Part shown: positions 62,553 through 64,000 of the stretch, one piece after another | Numbering within the stretch: position 1 is the first letter of the stretch | How the letters are laid out: each line of letters opens with the position of its first letter | Assembly: GCA_036785375.1 (NCBI GenBank) | Contig: JAWMAR010000070.1 | Span: forward strand, 7,130,001 to 7,194,000 | Direction: 5' to 3' | DNA: 64,000 nucleotides | Source of the DNA: Leucoraja ocellata | Taxonomy: Eukaryota | Notes under the pieces: generated by a model | The model's database searches: none | Told to the model about the DNA's origin: nothing | The model's input: the letters and a program-made list of their open reading frames with translations, nothing else | Made by a program: the position numbers and the translations under genes

Positions 62553-63092
62553 ATGGGACTGCAGAGATGGATAGGATTCATGGTCCTTGTGGAGATGGTG
62601 TGGCAAGTCTCCGCAACTGGAACAGGTCCGATCTCCAGAGAATGGGGAGAGGAAGCAAACTTGGCCGGGCGGAACACACGGGCGTATTTCAAAGTCACCA
62701 ATGAACCGCTTCCAAGATGCACGAACGAGTCAGATTCTGATGCCATCAGTCATCACCCATCACCGATTAACAAGAAGGTGCTCGTTGCATCTCTGGGTGG
62801 TTCTGTTACGTTGCCATGTAATATATCCATCCTTAAAAATCATTACAGGGTTGTTCAATGGAAAAAAGATGGTGTTCAAATTGCCAGTTTCCATGAGAGA
62901 GCGTATGCGCGTTATACGGGGTCTGATGTTCACTGGAAGTTCGTTGATCACGACGTCTATATGGCTCAGGACGCCACGTTGCTCCTGACAGGTGTAAAAG
63001 AGGAAGATACAGGGACGTATTCCTGTGTTTGGTTCCATTATAGAGATAGACCGTTTTGTGAATTATTGATGCAGCTGATGATCTCTCACTGA
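62553..63092 (+). CDS. Secreted single V-set protein, type B copy 1' (segmental duplicate of 13760..14299)
   Basis: Offset 48793 from B1. Intact ORF with 11 aa differences in the V domain. Confidence 0.85.
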   Translation: MGLQRWIGFMVLVEMVWQVSATGTGPISREWGEEANLAGRNTRAYFKVTNEPLPRCTNESDSDAISHHPSPINKKVLVASLGGSVTLPCNISILKNHYRVVQWKKDGVQIASFHERAYARYTGSDVHWKFVDHDVYMAQDATLLLTGVKEEDTGTYSCVWFHYRDRPFCELLMQLMISH

Positions 63093-64000
63093 TTCAGCAG
63101 GGCCAGTCCCAGGGTCAGTAACAAAGTCTAGTCTAGTTTAGTTTCGTTCAGAGGTACAACAGGGAAACAAGCCCTTCGGCCACAGAGTCAATGGGGACCA
63201 GTGATCACCCCATATACTAGTTCTATCCCACACACTAGATACAATTTACACTGACCAATTAACCTACAAACCTGCACGTCTCTGGGGTGTGGGACGAAAC
63301 CGGAGCTCCCGGATTCCAAAGAGGAAGGAAGATTCCAAGGGGAGTTAGGGGCGACCGTGGCTGACAAGGGAAGTCAGGGACACTATCACAAATGCATTTC
63401 GTTGTCTCTGTTCTGTACACTGACAATGACAATTAAATTGAATCTGAATCTGATAAAAGTGAACAGGTATAACGTTGCAAAGATGAGCGGAAAGCCAGGG
63501 GATTAGGTAACTCTTTTAAAGAGCAACAGAAGATAACTAAAAAAGCAATACGGGGAGAAAAGATGAGGTATGAAGGTAAGATAGCCAAGAATAGAAAGGA
63601 GGATCGTAAAAGCTTCTTTAGATATGTGAAAAAAATTAGTTCAGACTAAAATTGGTCCTTTATAGACTAAAAACTTTGGATCCGTCTTCACTAAGGAGAA
63701 CACAAACAATCTCCCTGATGTACTAGTGGCCAGAGGATCTGGGGACAACGGAGAGCCAGTGGATGTAGTGTACCTGGACTTGCAGGAAGTATTTGATAAG
63801 GTCCCACATAGGAGATTAGTGGGCAAAATTAGAGCACATGGTATTGGGGGAAGGGCCTGTTTCCATATTGTTTGACTCTGACACTAAGTAGGGAATAGTA
63901 AAGGTATAAAGATGAGCAGCGTGGAAGGTGTGAGCGTGGATCGCCTGCAGTGAGGAGAACTGACCTTGCTTGCACCGGTAAATGTACGTTTAATTTAAAT

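Larger units (their letters stand above)
46222..64000 (+). repeat. Tandem segmental duplicate of 1..~15145 (period 46,221 bp; 48,793 bp after the CR1 insertion)
   Basis: Near-identical sequence and matching ORF track at constant offsets. Confidence 0.95.

Overview
Eukaryotic, repeat-rich vertebrate DNA, very probably from a cartilaginous fish (skate/ray-like), judging by CR1/HER1-type LINEs, HE1-like SINEs and elasmobranch-type palindromic repeats; the taxon is inferred. The main content is a tandem cluster of eight paralogous genes (seven intact, one frameshifted). Each encodes a small secreted protein: signal peptide, acidic pro-segment ending in an RxxR site, a Cys-containing linker and one germline-complete V-set Ig domain with an extra G-strand Cys. 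There is no transmembrane segment, no C domain and no RSS. Two deeply diverged subfamilies occur: type A (minus strand, Lys/Gly/Thr-rich) and type B (plus strand). Both share a nearly identical upstream cassette with a perfect CCAAT-N9-CCACG ERSE, a TATA box, a non-coding exon, an intron and the leader. Both also share a conserved poly(A) cassette. Variation among type B copies is concentrated in CDR-like loops and is almost entirely non-synonymous. The cluster lies in a ~46.2 kb tandem segmental duplication (1..~15145 recurs at 46222..64000). The duplicated segment includes a defective class I (epsilon/gamma-like) ERV with 667-bp LTRs, a GTGT TSD and a tRNA-Ser-like PBS. A nested hAT-like MITE, a young CR1 insertion, a Rex1/Babar LINE and a decayed Gypsy element are also present. 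Most ORFs in the supplied track are antisense or frame-shifted transposon reading frames.
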